Source of the DNA: Phycisphaerae bacterium
Lineage (GTDB): Bacteria; Planctomycetota; Phycisphaerae; JAJVII01
Assembly (NCBI GenBank): GCA_022072085.1
Contig: JAJVII010000018.1
Location: 114,496-178,495 of the forward strand
Length of the DNA: 64,000 bases
Direction of reading: 5' to 3'
In this document: piece after piece, positions 38,465 through 47,317 of the stretch
How the letters are laid out: the number at the start of each line of letters is the position of its first letter
Numbering within the stretch: the stretch's first letter is position 1
Translations under genes and position numbers: made by a program
The notes under the pieces: model-generated
The model's database searches: none
Told to the model about the DNA's origin: nothing
What the model saw: only the letters and a program-made list of their open reading frames with translations

Positions 38465-39538
38465 ATGTCCGTTCTGCGACACATCCCGTTGGCGATGCTG
38501 GCGGCGGCGACGCTGTCGGCCGTCGCCGCCCGGGGCGACGGGCCGCCCGCGACGCAGCCGGCCTACGACGGGCCGATCACCCCGGCGCTGGTCGAGTCGC
38601 TCACCGGCGCGATCGCCAGCCGATTCCGCTACGCCTGGAGCCCCCCGCTGGCCGATCGGCTCACCGACCCCAAGGCCGCGCCCGACTGGCAGGTGCAGGA
38701 GCAAGCGTCGCTGGAGGTCGCGAAGGGGACCATGACGATCAAGCCGACCGACGCCCGCAACGCCTTCGGCGCCGTGCTCCGCACGCTGCCCAGGGAGCTG
38801 CGCGACCAGCCCGGCGGGCGCGTCGACATCTGGCTGACCCTCCCGGCGGTCGACGCCAACAGTCGGCTGATCCTCTTCCTGCACCAGGGCCAGCCGCAGC
38901 GGGTCGCGTGGGACTTCGCCTACTACTTCGCCTACGGACAGAACGGCCGACAGCAGCAGCTCTCGCAGTGGATCGGCAACTCGGGCTACCGCGAGGAGCG
39001 CTGGTCAGGCCCGCCGATCGTCGCCGGCCAGGTCGTTCACGTCGCCATGCAGGTCGTCGGCGAGAAGATGACGCTGATCCGCGACGACGGTTCGCATGAG
39101 CACAAGGAAGCGGCGGCCATCGCCCTGGACGATCAGACCCGGATCGGCCTGGCTGCCTATCGCTGCCAGGCGCAGGTGACGCGGATCGAGTATCGGGCGT
39201 TGAAGATGACCGGCTCGCTCGGCGGCGCGGACGCGTGGAAGGGGACGCCGTTCGCCGGCCGGGCCCAGTTCGAGGCGTGGCTGGACCGCCGGGCGATCCC
39301 GATGCTGGGCGACCCGTCGTTCGAGGCCAGGCGGCGGGCCGCCGACCTGCTGGGACGTCTGGGTCCGCTGGCCAGGCCGAGCCTGGAGAAGGCCCGCGAC
39401 GCGACGCGCGACCCGGAGATCGCCGCCAGCCTGGCGATGCTGCTGGCGACCAAGCCGACCGGCGCGATCGCCCCGCCGCAGATTGAACTGGAAGAGAAGC
39501 CCGCCCCTGCCCCGCCCGACGCCGACGGACAGCCCTGA
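38465..39538 (+). CDS. Secreted hypothetical protein, paralogue 3
   Basis: Signal peptide; GRVDIWL, WDFAYYF, NGRQQQL, VVHVAMQ, LGDPSFEARRRAADLL. Confidence 0.75.
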   Translation: MSVLRHIPLAMLAAATLSAVAARGDGPPATQPAYDGPITPALVESLTGAIASRFRYAWSPPLADRLTDPKAAPDWQVQEQASLEVAKGTMTIKPTDARNAFGAVLRTLPRELRDQPGGRVDIWLTLPAVDANSRLILFLHQGQPQRVAWDFAYYFAYGQNGRQQQLSQWIGNSGYREERWSGPPIVAGQVVHVAMQVVGEKMTLIRDDGSHEHKEAAAIALDDQTRIGLAAYRCQAQVTRIEYRALKMTGSLGGADAWKGTPFAGRAQFEAWLDRRAIPMLGDPSFEARRRAADLLGRLGPLARPSLEKARDATRDPEIAASLAMLLATKPTGAIAPPQIELEEKPAPAPPDADGQP

Positions 39539-39546
39539 CCGCCCGG

Positions 39547-40890
39547 TCAGCGGACCAGTGCGTACTTCAGTACGAACAGCGCCGCGAAGAGATAGACCAG
39601 CCACGGGCACTGCCGCGGGCGGCCGCTCAGCAGCTTGGCCAGGGCGTAGGCGATGAACCCGAACGCAATGCCGTCGCTGATCGAGTAGCTGAAGGGGATC
39701 ACGGTCAGCGTGAGGAAGGCCGGGATGCCCTCGGTCGGGTCGTCCCAGCGGATGTCCTTGACGACGGTGAGCATCATCGCGCCCACCGCGATCAGCCCCG
39801 GGGCGATGATCGGGTGCAGGCTGGGCCCGCCCATCTCGCCGCCGATGAACCGCGCCAGCGGCAGGAAGAAGATCGACGCCAGCAGCAGCGCCGCGGTGAC
39901 CACGCTGGCCAGTCCGGTGCGGGCGCCGTCGGTGACGCCGGCCGCCGACTCGATGTAGCTGCTGACCGTGCTCGTGCCCAGCGTCGCGCCCACGACGGTG
40001 GCGGTTGCGTCCGCGAGCAGCGCCCGCTCAGCCCGCGGCAGGCGGCCCTTCTCGTCGAGGAACCCGGCCCGCTCGGCGACGCCGACCAGCGTGCCGACCG
40101 TGTCGAACAGATCCAGGAAGAACAGCACGAAGATGATCGTGACCAGGCCCGTCCAGCCGTGCGTGTGCAGGTCGAACAGGCCGGCGAAGTCCATCTTCCC
40201 CAGCGTAGACATCGGGTTGGCCGGCGCCGAGACGACCTGGCCGGGCCAGCGGGCCAGTCCCAGCGCGGCGGCGATTCCGCCGGTGGCCAGGATGCCCAGC
40301 AGGACCGCGCCGCGAATCCGCCAGGCGGTCAGGACCATGATGATCGCCAGCCCGCCCAGGCAGGTCAGCGCGACCGGCGAAGTGAGATGGCCCAGCGTGA
40401 CCAGCGTAGCGGGGTGATCGACGATCAGCCCGCCGTATTGCATGCCGATCAGGGCGATGAACAGGCCGATGCCCGCGGCGATGGATTTCTTCAGGGCGTC
40501 GGGGATGCTGTTGAGCACCGCCGAGCGGAAGCCGAACAGGCTGAGCGCCACGAACAGCGCGCCGGAGCAGAAGACGGCCGCCAGCCCCTGCTGCCAGGTG
40601 AGCACCGACGCCGCCCCCGCGACGCCCGCGCCGCAGACGGTATAGGCGAAGAACGCGTTGTGCCCCATCGCCGGCGCCTGGGCGACGGGGTAGTTGGCCA
40701 GGAACGCCATGAGCAGGCAGCCGACGGCGGCCGACACGCAGGTGGCCAGCATGACCTGGTCGTGCGGCATGCCCGCCGCCGACAGGATGGCCGGGTTGAC
40801 GAAAATGATGTAGGACAGAGCCATGAACGTGGAGACCCCGCCGACGACTTCGCGGGTCACCGTGCTGCCGCGCTCGGCGATGCGGAACAT
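39547..40890 (-). CDS. NCS2/AzgA family purine permease
   Basis: YIIFVNPAILS, APAMGHNAFF, DLFDTVGT, SSYIESAAGV, YSISDGI. Confidence 0.94.
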   Translation of the reverse strand: MFRIAERGSTVTREVVGGVSTFMALSYIIFVNPAILSAAGMPHDQVMLATCVSAAVGCLLMAFLANYPVAQAPAMGHNAFFAYTVCGAGVAGAASVLTWQQGLAAVFCSGALFVALSLFGFRSAVLNSIPDALKKSIAAGIGLFIALIGMQYGGLIVDHPATLVTLGHLTSPVALTCLGGLAIIMVLTAWRIRGAVLLGILATGGIAAALGLARWPGQVVSAPANPMSTLGKMDFAGLFDLHTHGWTGLVTIIFVLFFLDLFDTVGTLVGVAERAGFLDEKGRLPRAERALLADATATVVGATLGTSTVSSYIESAAGVTDGARTGLASVVTAALLLASIFFLPLARFIGGEMGGPSLHPIIAPGLIAVGAMMLTVVKDIRWDDPTEGIPAFLTLTVIPFSYSISDGIAFGFIAYALAKLLSGRPRQCPWLVYLFAALFVLKYALVR

Positions 40891-40913
40891 GATGTGTCCC
40901 ATCACAGTTGAGT

Positions 40914-41570
40914 TTACGTCTGACTGGACGTCGCACCAAACAAATCTCTCAGGACTCGGCGCAACTTTGCGAAGGCCGGGTCGGCGCATCTGGCGAGGCT
41001 GACGTTCTCTGCCAGTTCACGGTAGAGGGAGGAGGATCGTGGCCTGCGCAATTCGCGAAGGGCAGCATTCAATGCTTCCTTTGGACGTGCCGGCTTGACT
41101 TGGCCGGGAAAGAGGAAAGCTCGGGCGGGATCGCTTAGCCAGGATCTCAGGGACGGCAGTCGATTGGTCCAGCCGAGGACCGCGTCGACCTGCGGTGAAT
41201 CGCTCCAGGCCCAGGCCTCGAGTTCAGGACAGATGGCAATGGCAGTCACCTGTTCAACCGCCCACCCTGAGCTTTGGAGTCTTTCTGCAATGTTCTGCTC
41301 CATTTGGCTTGCAGTTAGTCTCTTCTCCTGTCCGCTGCCTTCCCAGTCCAGAAGAACAAGAGCATGGCGATGCGTGCGGCAGAAGGGGCGAAGAAAACTG
41401 TGGGCTTCTTTGAATACGCCGCAATCGTGTTCTGGATGCACATAGTAATCAGCAACGATCGGGCGGATGCCCAGCGATCGCTCTCTGGACAGTATACCTC
41501 GCATGGCGTATTCACCGTCTTTGCATGCGGCAAGCACCACGAGATCTTTGATCCCCTGCGGTTCCGTCAT
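40914..41570 (-). CDS. TOPRIM-like partner of the ABC ATPase (MAD4-like)
   Basis: DLVVL..DGE, HPEHDCG, LLDWEG, PELEAW; overlaps the ATPase stop (ATGA). Confidence 0.6.
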   Translation of the reverse strand: MTEPQGIKDLVVLAACKDGEYAMRGILSRERSLGIRPIVADYYVHPEHDCGVFKEAHSFLRPFCRTHRHALVLLDWEGSGQEKRLTASQMEQNIAERLQSSGWAVEQVTAIAICPELEAWAWSDSPQVDAVLGWTNRLPSLRSWLSDPARAFLFPGQVKPARPKEALNAALRELRRPRSSSLYRELAENVSLARCADPAFAKLRRVLRDLFGATSSQT

Positions 41571-42829
41571 CCAAGGACTCCCCCCGCAAGCAAGGTGCCT
41601 AGACTTATCTCGCCCTTCCAGTTCCGAAGGGCCGGATGGTCGCTTCCCCTAACGATATCTGTAGCGCCATCATCGTTCTTCTTAAAGCAGAGCACCGTCT
41701 CGACATGAGCGGCATTGAGAACAACCGGAGAATGTGATGCTAGCAGAATCTGGGCATCGTAGACTGAGGAGAGAGATTGAAATATCGTCTCCACAGCTCG
41801 GGGGTGAACGCCGTTTTCCGGCTCCTCGATCAAGTAGATGCCCTTGAATTCTGGCAAATAGGCAGGCAGAGTCAGACCTAACATCCTCAGGGTCCCGTCG
41901 GAAACCATCCATGATGGGACCTCTAGCCCGCCGAGATAGCGGACGAGTAGATAACGGTGTCTGTCATCCGGCCGCTCAGTCGTACGGATGCTCTGAATAT
42001 CCGGCAGAGCGGTTCTTAAGTGGGCAACCCACTCTTTCATGCGCCCTTCATTCCCCGGCGTCTCCAAGACGCTAATTACCCAAGGCAGGTTGCCGCCGTC
42101 CGGGTGAAACCCTCGTCTTTGGCCCGGGGGACTTGCCTTACGAATAAGAAGGCTGTTCAGAACAAATCGCTGAACGCCTTCCGTAAGCAGGCCCTTGAGC
42201 CAAGTGGAAACCGGGAATCGAGCTTCATCCTCGGGAAGATTGCCTAGAGCCGATTTGCGGGGTCCTATCTTGATCGCCGGGTACCAGCTCTTGCCTGTTT
42301 CTTTCTCGACTTCAGAGTAGTAGTTGTCGTTCCCTCCGTAGGTCTTGGTAATAACTCTCCGAGCCCCGCTTCGCGCCCCGGCCGACAAGAGCGTCTCTGG
42401 AGGAAGAAGCGGATCGGGGAACAGGGGCAAAGCCCTAGCCTTCGGCTCCTCCCAGGATTTGAGAATGACTCTTTCTTCAAGAATCCCGTTCTCACCCGTC
42501 TTCTGGTCTTGCCCTACACGAACCTCGTAGCGGATTGTATCAAATTCCTGTTTGGGCAGAAGGACCCGCCGATCCTCAGGAATGGCAGCCTCCACAGCTA
42601 ATTCAAATCGATCACCTGCCCGGCTCCAAACCAAGTCCTCCAAGTTCTGGCTTCGATCGCGAATTGCCGCTTCCGGGCCCTCGGAAATGGTCTGGCCGAG
42701 AAAGGCGACCACATCCAAGAAAGTCGTCTTCCCACTTGCATTGGGTCCGACGAGGACATGGAATGGCCCTAACGGCTGACGCACGTACCTTAGGCATCGG
42801 AAACCTAGAGCCTCTATTAGTCGGATCAT
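41567..42829 (-). CDS. ABC/AAA_21-type ATPase (MAD3-like)
   Basis: Walker A GPNASGKT, signature VSDGT, Walker B/D-loop LIEEPENGVHP, H-loop SHSP. Confidence 0.88.
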   Translation of the reverse strand: MIRLIEALGFRCLRYVRQPLGPFHVLVGPNASGKTTFLDVVAFLGQTISEGPEAAIRDRSQNLEDLVWSRAGDRFELAVEAAIPEDRRVLLPKQEFDTIRYEVRVGQDQKTGENGILEERVILKSWEEPKARALPLFPDPLLPPETLLSAGARSGARRVITKTYGGNDNYYSEVEKETGKSWYPAIKIGPRKSALGNLPEDEARFPVSTWLKGLLTEGVQRFVLNSLLIRKASPPGQRRGFHPDGGNLPWVISVLETPGNEGRMKEWVAHLRTALPDIQSIRTTERPDDRHRYLLVRYLGGLEVPSWMVSDGTLRMLGLTLPAYLPEFKGIYLIEEPENGVHPRAVETIFQSLSSVYDAQILLASHSPVVLNAAHVETVLCFKKNDDGATDIVRGSDHPALRNWKGEISLGTLLAGGVLG

Positions 42830-42896
42830 AGGTCACCTTGACTTCCTGTCCAAGTCACTCCCCGAACCTTTCGCCCAGTCCTAGGAAGCAAGCCGA

Positions 42897-43919
42897 TCAG
42901 GCCCCCTCGCTCTGGCGGCGGGCCAGTTCCCACTGCACGGCCTCGCGGATGCCCTGGTCGTAGCCGATCGTCGCCTTCCAGCCCAGTTCGGTGCGGGCCT
43001 TGTTGCAACTGAAGAAGCAGCGTCGCCCGATCAGCCAGACCGAGTAGCGCGTCGCCAGCGGCGGGCGTTTGCGGCGGGTCAGTCGGCCGAACAGCTCCAT
43101 CACCAGCGCCCCGAACTTGGCGATGCGGTAGGGCACGTGCTTGAACTTCGGTTCGACGCCCAGTTCCTCGGCGATCTTGGTGAAGTATTCCTGCTGCGTG
43201 ATGACCCCGTCGTTGGAGAGGTTGTAGCTTTCGCCGACGGCCTTGGGGTTGGTGGCCGCCAGGATGCAGCCCTCGGCCTCGTTGGCGGCGTTGGTCAGGT
43301 TCATCCGGTTCTTGCCGTCGCCGATGACCTTCACCTTGCCGCTGCGGACCGCGTCGACCAGCCGCGGCATGCTCGCCCGGTCGCGCAGGCCGTAAAGCCA
43401 GCTCGGCCGGACGACCGTCACCGGGAACTTCGCCTTCTCCCACGCGTCCCAGACCAGCCGCTCAGCCGCCACCTTGGCGCGGCTGTAATAGCTCCACTTG
43501 TGCAGGTTGGCGCCCAGCGGGGCCCGCTCGTCGAGGACGAGCCCCTCGCCGTCGGGATGGCCGTAGGCCGAAATGCTCGACACGTGCAGGAACCGCCCGA
43601 CGCCGGCCGCCGTCGCGGCCGCGAGCATGTTGCGCGTGCCCTCGATGGTGATCGCAACGAACTGGGGCCAAGGGCCCCAGTCGCCCACGCGGGCCGCGGC
43701 GTGATAGACCGTGCCGACGCCCTTGCACGCGCGGGCGAGCGAGTCGGCGTCGGTCACGTCGCCGTCGACCAGCTCGACGCCCAGACCGGCCAGGAACGCC
43801 CGATCGCTGCCGGGGCGCACCAGGGCCCGCACCGGCTGGCCGCGGTTCACGAGTTGCTCGACGATGTGGCTGCCCAGTAACCCCGTGCCGCCAGTGACCA
43901 GGTTCAAGTCGGAGGCCAT
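42897..43919 (-). CDS. NAD-dependent epimerase/dehydratase (extended SDR)
   Basis: LVTGGTGLLGS, YSRAK, VRPSWLYG. Confidence 0.93.
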   Translation of the reverse strand: MASDLNLVTGGTGLLGSHIVEQLVNRGQPVRALVRPGSDRAFLAGLGVELVDGDVTDADSLARACKGVGTVYHAAARVGDWGPWPQFVAITIEGTRNMLAAATAAGVGRFLHVSSISAYGHPDGEGLVLDERAPLGANLHKWSYYSRAKVAAERLVWDAWEKAKFPVTVVRPSWLYGLRDRASMPRLVDAVRSGKVKVIGDGKNRMNLTNAANEAEGCILAATNPKAVGESYNLSNDGVITQQEYFTKIAEELGVEPKFKHVPYRIAKFGALVMELFGRLTRRKRPPLATRYSVWLIGRRCFFSCNKARTELGWKATIGYDQGIREAVQWELARRQSEGA

Positions 43920-44047
43920 TCAATCCCTTTCTGTGCCCGCGGGTCGTTCGTCCGCACCGGACCGGCGCTTGTGGCCGGACCGGGAGCCTGTAGAATGTAA
44001 ACGCCGACTAGCGTGCCGTCAAGGAAACCCGGAAGTGGAGCCTCGCC

Positions 44048-45214
44048 ATGCCGCGCATCCCCTCGCGATTCCATCCGGACCGACACGCAAGCGACGCCCT
44101 CCCCGGCCTCCGGGCACGGCTCTGCCTGGGCCTGGTCGCAGCCGGCGCGATCTGCACTCTGCTGGCCGGCTGCGGCTACGCCCCGACGGCCGCGGACAAG
44201 GCCGTCATGGACGCGCGCGCGGGGCGCGTGCTCACGCCGCCGGGCCACGGGCTGGGCGGGGTGGCCGTGGTCTACTCCTACCGCGAAGACATCAACGTCA
44301 AGTACGACTACGAGAAGTGGCACCCCCACGACCTGCACCGCGGCCGCAAGATCTACGACCAGCTCGTCGCCGACAAGGCCCTGACGCCCGAGGACGTGTT
44401 TGTGCCCGGGGCGGCGGACGACAACATGCTCCTGCGGGTCCACCAGCGCGAGTATCTCGCCTCGCTGGCCAACAAGCACGTCGCCGCCGCGCTGATGGAG
44501 TCCAACGTCGCGTCGCTCCAGTCGGACAAGGACTACACCGAGCGCGTGCTGGCGCCTTACCGCGTGGACGTCGGCGGCACGGTGCTGTCAGCCGAACTGG
44601 CGAAGATTCACGGCATGGCCATCCACCTCGGCGGCGGGCAGAAGCACGCCTCGACCGACCGTGGCGCCCGCAGCGACCTGCTGGCCGACGTGCCGATCGC
44701 GATGGACATGCTCCGCGAGCGGAAGCTGGCTGACCGCATCCTGGTCATCGACCTGGGCGCGTCGCAGGCCAACGGCATCGCCGTCTGCACCGCCGAGCAG
44801 GAGAACACCTACCTGTTCGACGTCTACGAGAAGAGCAACTACCCCAAAGCCAAGCAGCTCGAGAACGGCGGCGTGGCCATCGACGACGGCATCGGCGACG
44901 GGGAATACCTGGCGATCCTGCGGGCGCGGCTGCCGAAGATTCTCGACGACTTCAAGCCGGACTTCGTTTTCTATCTCGCCGGCGCCGACGTGGTCGGCGG
45001 CGACCTGGAAGGCCGATCGAAGCTCACGCCCGCGGGCATGACCGAGCGCGACCTCTACGTGGCCGAGCAGGCCCGCAGCCGCGAGATTCCGCTGTGCGTG
45101 GTGCTCGACGGCGGCTGGGCCCAGGACGCGTGGCGGCTCTACTACCGCTCGATCCGGGCGCTGCTGGCCCGCTACGGCGGCGTCGAATTCCGCGTCCCGT
45201 TGGCTGAGAAATAG
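44048..45214 (+). CDS. Histone deacetylase family (HDAC11-like) lipoprotein with degenerate active site
   Basis: LAGC lipobox; EKWHPHD, GGT, GGGQKHA, IDLGASQANG, AGAD..GD, DGGW. Confidence 0.85.
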   Translation: MPRIPSRFHPDRHASDALPGLRARLCLGLVAAGAICTLLAGCGYAPTAADKAVMDARAGRVLTPPGHGLGGVAVVYSYREDINVKYDYEKWHPHDLHRGRKIYDQLVADKALTPEDVFVPGAADDNMLLRVHQREYLASLANKHVAAALMESNVASLQSDKDYTERVLAPYRVDVGGTVLSAELAKIHGMAIHLGGGQKHASTDRGARSDLLADVPIAMDMLRERKLADRILVIDLGASQANGIAVCTAEQENTYLFDVYEKSNYPKAKQLENGGVAIDDGIGDGEYLAILRARLPKILDDFKPDFVFYLAGADVVGGDLEGRSKLTPAGMTERDLYVAEQARSREIPLCVVLDGGWAQDAWRLYYRSIRALLARYGGVEFRVPLAEK

Positions 45215-45284
45215 GGAATTTCCGGGGGGCCGGGGGCCTCTCAGGGTGGAACCAACCGCGGGCAACCGCAGGGGAGAGATCGCC

Positions 45285-46235
45285 ATGACCGACGCGTACG
45301 ACGCTACCCGAAAGGCCCGGAACCGGCGGATTTTCGTTCAGGCGTTCCTGGTTCTGCTTGTGCTGCTCGTTCTTGTTGCCCTCCTGAGGCCAGGCCTTGT
45401 CGCCAACAGGGCAATCCATTTCACAGGGGAGAGCCCCCACGCGAAGGCCCCAATGATGGCGGACGCTGACAGGTCACTCTCCCAAGGATCCGGACAACCC
45501 GGCCTGTTCGACCTGCCCGCGGCGTCGGCTGCCCCAATCCCTGACATCGCCCAGAAGATCATCTACAACGCCGCGATGAGCACGAGCGTCAAGGACGCCG
45601 ACGCCTTCCGCACGGGCCTGACCGGGCGCATCGTCGCCCTGGGCGGCTACGTCTCGCAGATGTCGGCCGACACCCGCGCGGGCCGGCAGCCCTCCGGCCA
45701 GATCGTCGCCAAGGTGCCGGCCGAGAAGCTCGCCGAGCTGCGCGACGCCGTCCGCTCGATGGCCACCGTACTGAGCGACGAGTTGACCAGCGAGAACGTT
45801 ACCGACCAGTACGTGGACCTCGAAGCCCGGCTGACCAGCAAGCAGGCCGAGGAGGCCAGGCTGACCGAGCTGATGAAGACGGTGTCGGCCAAGCTGGAGG
45901 ATCTGCTGAAGGTCGAGGAGCAGCTCACCCGCGTCCGCGGGGAGATCGAGCAGCTCCAGGGCCGCAAGCGCGTCTGGGACCACCAGGTCCGCTACTCGAC
46001 GCTGTCGGTCTCCTACACGGTCGCGGAGGTCTACCAGGCCCAGCCGCTGGCGCCGGCGGAAGAGACGTTCGGCCAGGAAGTCAGCCGCACGCTGCGCGAG
46101 TCCTGGTCGTCGCTGGTGAGCACCGGCCGGGCGGTTGCGATCGCGGGCGTCGCCTTCGCCCCGTGGCTGCCGCTGGCGCTGGTGCTGATCCTGCTGGCGT
46201 GGTGGCTGATCCGCCGCGTCACCCGGACGAAATGA
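45285..46235 (+). CDS. DUF4349 domain protein
   Basis: KIIYNA, GGYV, ENVTDQYVDLEARL, VEEQLTRVRGEIEQLQG, C-terminal TM helix. Confidence 0.9.
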   Translation: MTDAYDATRKARNRRIFVQAFLVLLVLLVLVALLRPGLVANRAIHFTGESPHAKAPMMADADRSLSQGSGQPGLFDLPAASAAPIPDIAQKIIYNAAMSTSVKDADAFRTGLTGRIVALGGYVSQMSADTRAGRQPSGQIVAKVPAEKLAELRDAVRSMATVLSDELTSENVTDQYVDLEARLTSKQAEEARLTELMKTVSAKLEDLLKVEEQLTRVRGEIEQLQGRKRVWDHQVRYSTLSVSYTVAEVYQAQPLAPAEETFGQEVSRTLRESWSSLVSTGRAVAIAGVAFAPWLPLALVLILLAWWLIRRVTRTK

Positions 46236-46271
46236 TCGAAGAGACGAGCATCGGCCAACACCGTATAGCCA

Positions 46272-46299
46272 ACAGGCCGGCCCCGAGGGGTCGGCCTGT
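46272..46299. terminator. Hairpin between convergent DUF4349 gene and tRNA
   Basis: ACAGGCCGGCCCC-GA-GGGGTCGGCCTGT. Confidence 0.65.
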
Positions 46300-46377
46300 C
46301 GCATTGACGGGGGCTCGCGGAAAAGTGAGCTGCCGCTTCTCCGCGTTCTCCGCGACTCCATAGCGGAGTCTCGGAAC

Positions 46378-46463
46378 TGCCCGGGACTGGAGTCGAACCA
46401 GCACGGGGTTTTAACCCCACCAGGCCCTCAACCTGGCGCGTCTGCCAATTCCGCCACCCGGGC
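46378..46463 (-). tRNA. tRNA-Leu (anticodon GAG)
   Basis: GCCCGGG acceptor stem, CCAGG-TTGAGGG-CCTGG anticodon arm, long variable arm, GTTCGACTC T-loop; CCA not encoded. Confidence 0.97.
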
Positions 46464-46647
46464 GGGCAATCCTTCAACCCCGGTTGAAGGATTGCAGAGC
46501 AGGCGAGCAGGGGAACAGTTGAACAGGCGAAAGGCGACACCAGGCGGCCGACCGCGGTTTACGCGTATCAGCCGGCCCGCCTGCGGTCTCCTGCTCTCCT
46601 GTTCCACTCACTCACAATGCTGCAAAAGCAATCCCGCAGCCAAGGCT

Positions 46648-47017
46648 GTCGGAACGGGGCATTATAACCGATTCGTTCTGTCCGCCAAGACCTAACCCCG
46701 GCGGGCCCCGTGTGTCTTAATAACTGTTCTTCCGAGGGCCCTCAACGCGAGCCCTCGGAGAGAACCGAAAGGTTCACGTGAGCCGGCACAACGACCCGGC
46801 CGGCCATGCGGCGATCCCCACCCCACTCCGCCTCCCCCCGGGCGGAAAGCCGCACCCGGCCGGCTCGTTTGAGACTCCGCCCCGCAGGGAAGCGGGGATC
46901 TGAAATGCCGGGCCTCGACCGGCTGAGCCGCTCGGGGCCCCGACGAAGCGGGTTCAGTCGGAACTTGGAGTTCCGACGACCAGGCGCCGGCTGTCGGGGG
47001 CCGGCGCCTTTCTTCTT
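46648..47017 (+). ncRNA. Candidate large structured non-coding RNA, family not recognised
   Basis: About ten mutually compatible nested stems, a GAAA tetraloop and a terminal hairpin with pyrimidine tract; no credible ORF. 5' end uncertain. Confidence 0.6.
46982..47017 (+). terminator. Intrinsic terminator
   Basis: AGGCGCCGGC-8 nt-GCCGGCGCCT then TTCTTCTT. Confidence 0.7.
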
Positions 47018-47229
47018 GCGCCCGGGGCGGTTGCAGCGGCAACGCGTCGGAGCGGAGCATGGATTGTACGGAGGGGACGGATTTCACGGAAACAAGGCAG
47101 GTTGGGACGAGGAACCGTTGCCGGATTCTCCCGTCGGCGTAATCGGTTTCAATCCGTGCCATCCGTGTTCCCCGGCCGCACGGCCTTCAGGAAGCGCCTG
47201 TCGGCCTGCTTTTTTGTACCCCCAACCCC

Positions 47230-47257
47230 TTGCCAGGACGCTGAAATCGCGTATACT
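47230..47257 (+). promoter_or_regulatory. Sigma-70-like promoter of rpmE
   Basis: TTGCCA-16 nt-TATACT, 60 nt upstream of the ATG. Confidence 0.65.
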
Positions 47258-47317
47258 GTGGCGTTCCGCGTCGGGTCTCGCGACAGGTTCGCCCTTGCAA
47301 TCGCCGGAGTCGGAAAC

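Noticed and set aside
45243-45262. GGGTGGAACC as a T-box
   Set aside because: No specifier stem or terminator; downstream gene is unrelated to amino acid metabolism.
46378-46400. tRNA-Leu 3' end as an island attachment site
   Set aside because: No duplicated 3' end seen and no integrase in the window.
46629-46645. GCAATCCCGCAGCCAAG resembling a group I intron Q element
   Set aside because: No convincing P, R or S elements; the tRNA is uninterrupted.
46690-47017. tmRNA identity for the structured region (AATAACTG motif)
   Set aside because: No tRNA-like ends, T-loop or Ala-ending tag frame.
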